From: Pseudonocardia sp. NPDC049635
GTDB taxonomy: Bacteria; Actinomycetota; Actinomycetes; Mycobacteriales; Pseudonocardiaceae
DNA: 24,000 nucleotides
Reading direction: 5' to 3'
Assembly (NCBI RefSeq): GCF_040659795.1
Contig: NZ_JBFAON010000008.1
Span: 124,235-148,234, forward strand
The notes under the pieces were generated by a model. That model worked only from the letters and a program-made list of their open reading frames with translations, searched no databases and was not told the origin of the DNA. Shown here piece by piece: positions 23,132-24,000 of this stretch. The position numbers and the translations under genes are program-made. Position 1 is the first letter of the stretch, and every line of letters starts with the position of its first letter.

Positions 23132-23926
23132 ATGGGTCGATTCCACCGCCACGACGACGCGCACGGCCACGGCCACGGCCACGGCCACGGCCACGGCGAA
23201 CACAGCCACAGCGAACACAGTCACGGCGGGCACCCGCACGGGGACCACTCCGGTTACGACACCGGGCCGGAGAGGGTGAGCGTGCTCGAGCGCATCTTCG
23301 ACGAGAACGACGCCACCGCCGCCGCCAACCGGGCGGACTTCGAGTCGGCCGGGGTCACGGTGGTCAACCTGATGTCCTCACCCGGCGCCGGCAAGACCTC
23401 GCTGCTGCGGGCCACCCTGCAACGGCTGGCCGGCACCCCCCGGATCGGGATCGTCGAGGGCGACATCGAGACCAGCCTGGACGCCGACCGCCTCCACGGG
23501 CTCGGCGCCGCGATCACCCTGGTGAACACCGGCAACGGGTTCGGCGGCGAGTGCCATCTGGACGCCCCGATGGTCCGCTCGGCGCTCCCCCGGTTGCCGC
23601 TCGAGGAGCTCGACCTGGTGATCATCGAGAACGTCGGCAACCTGGTCTGCCCGGCCGAGTTCGCCGTCGGGGAGCACTCCAGGGCGATGGTGTTCTCGGT
23701 GACCGAGGGCGAGGACAAGCCGCTCAAGTACCCGGTGATGTTCCGGTCCGCGGACCTGATCGTCGTGAACAAGATCGATCTGCTGCCGCACCTCCCGTTC
23801 GAGCTCGACGACTTCTACCGCAACCTGCGCGCGGTCAACCCGGGCGTCGCCGTCGTCGAGACGAGTGTCGTCACCGGCGCCGGGATCGACCGGTGGTGCG
23901 ACTGGCTCACCACCGCCGGGCGGTGA
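23132..23926 (+). CDS. hypB: hydrogenase nickel-incorporation GTPase HypB with a His-rich N-terminus
   Basis: 264 aa from ATG 23132 (2 nt after the hypA stop). N-terminus: HRHDDAHGHGHGHGHGHGEHSHSEHSHGGHPHGDH. P-loop SSPGAGKTSLL, plus GECHLDA, ENVGNLVCPA and NKIDL. Confidence 0.93.
   Translation: MGRFHRHDDAHGHGHGHGHGHGEHSHSEHSHGGHPHGDHSGYDTGPERVSVLERIFDENDATAAANRADFESAGVTVVNLMSSPGAGKTSLLRATLQRLAGTPRIGIVEGDIETSLDADRLHGLGAAITLVNTGNGFGGECHLDAPMVRSALPRLPLEELDLVIIENVGNLVCPAEFAVGEHSRAMVFSVTEGEDKPLKYPVMFRSADLIVVNKIDLLPHLPFELDDFYRNLRAVNPGVAVVETSVVTGAGIDRWCDWLTTAGR
23162..23197 (+). repeat. (CACGGC)x6 hexanucleotide microsatellite encoding (His-Gly)6 in hypB
   Basis: Six perfect cacggc copies, read directly from the sequence. 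Confidence 0.95.
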
Positions 23927-24000
23927 CCGGCGGATACCCCGCGGGATCCTCCGCTGCGGGGAGGCCGGGAGCCGCTCGCCGGGCCTAGCGTCGCGGCACG

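Noticed and set aside
23937-23961. Hairpin CCCCGC-n13-GCGGGG after hypB as a terminator.
   Set aside because: It has only a 6-bp stem with a 13-nt loop and no U-tract, which is too weak to call. A convergent gene may also end near 23985, but too little of it is in the window.
1-24000. The whole window as a horizontally acquired island or mobile element.
   Set aside because: There is no integrase, transposase, tRNA attachment site or flanking direct repeats. By eye, composition is uniform apart from the short regulatory spacer at 21420-21580. This cannot be assessed further without genome context.

Overview
Very GC-rich, actinobacterial-type chromosomal DNA. I saw no rRNA, tRNA, CRISPR array, transposase or integrase. 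The core is a roughly 16 kb, 17-gene minus-strand operon (21386 down to 5319) for a cytosolic, Tat-less group 2a (Huc-like) [NiFe]-hydrogenase. In transcription order it encodes: a DUF1641-like HucM candidate, the small subunit, the large subunit, a C-terminally extended maturation endopeptidase, an 81-aa ORF, a TPR-like protein, a NifU-Rieske HucE-like protein, a six-bladed NHL propeller, hypF, hypC, a degenerate-SIS::HupF-like fusion, a canonical GmhA-like SIS protein, hypE, a second hypC, hypD, and two proteins of unknown function. Nine gene junctions are 4-nt GTGA/ATGA start/stop overlaps. To the right lie a divergent AraC-family regulator, an 8-copy 15-nt tandem array, and hypA-hypB on the plus strand. 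To the left lie partial deoC, a STAS-domain protein, a GAF histidine kinase with a NarL-type regulator, and transketolase. The hydrogenase family itself is known. The parts worth a second look are the uncharacterised accessory genes translationally coupled to the hyp genes (SIS pair, NHL/TPR/Rieske block, extended protease, two terminal unknowns), a C/A-rich motif (mRNA CCCACCACCA) found only in the operon's genuine intergenic spacers, and the tandem array abutting the hypA ribosome-binding site. All homology calls are motif recognition by eye; no database search was possible.
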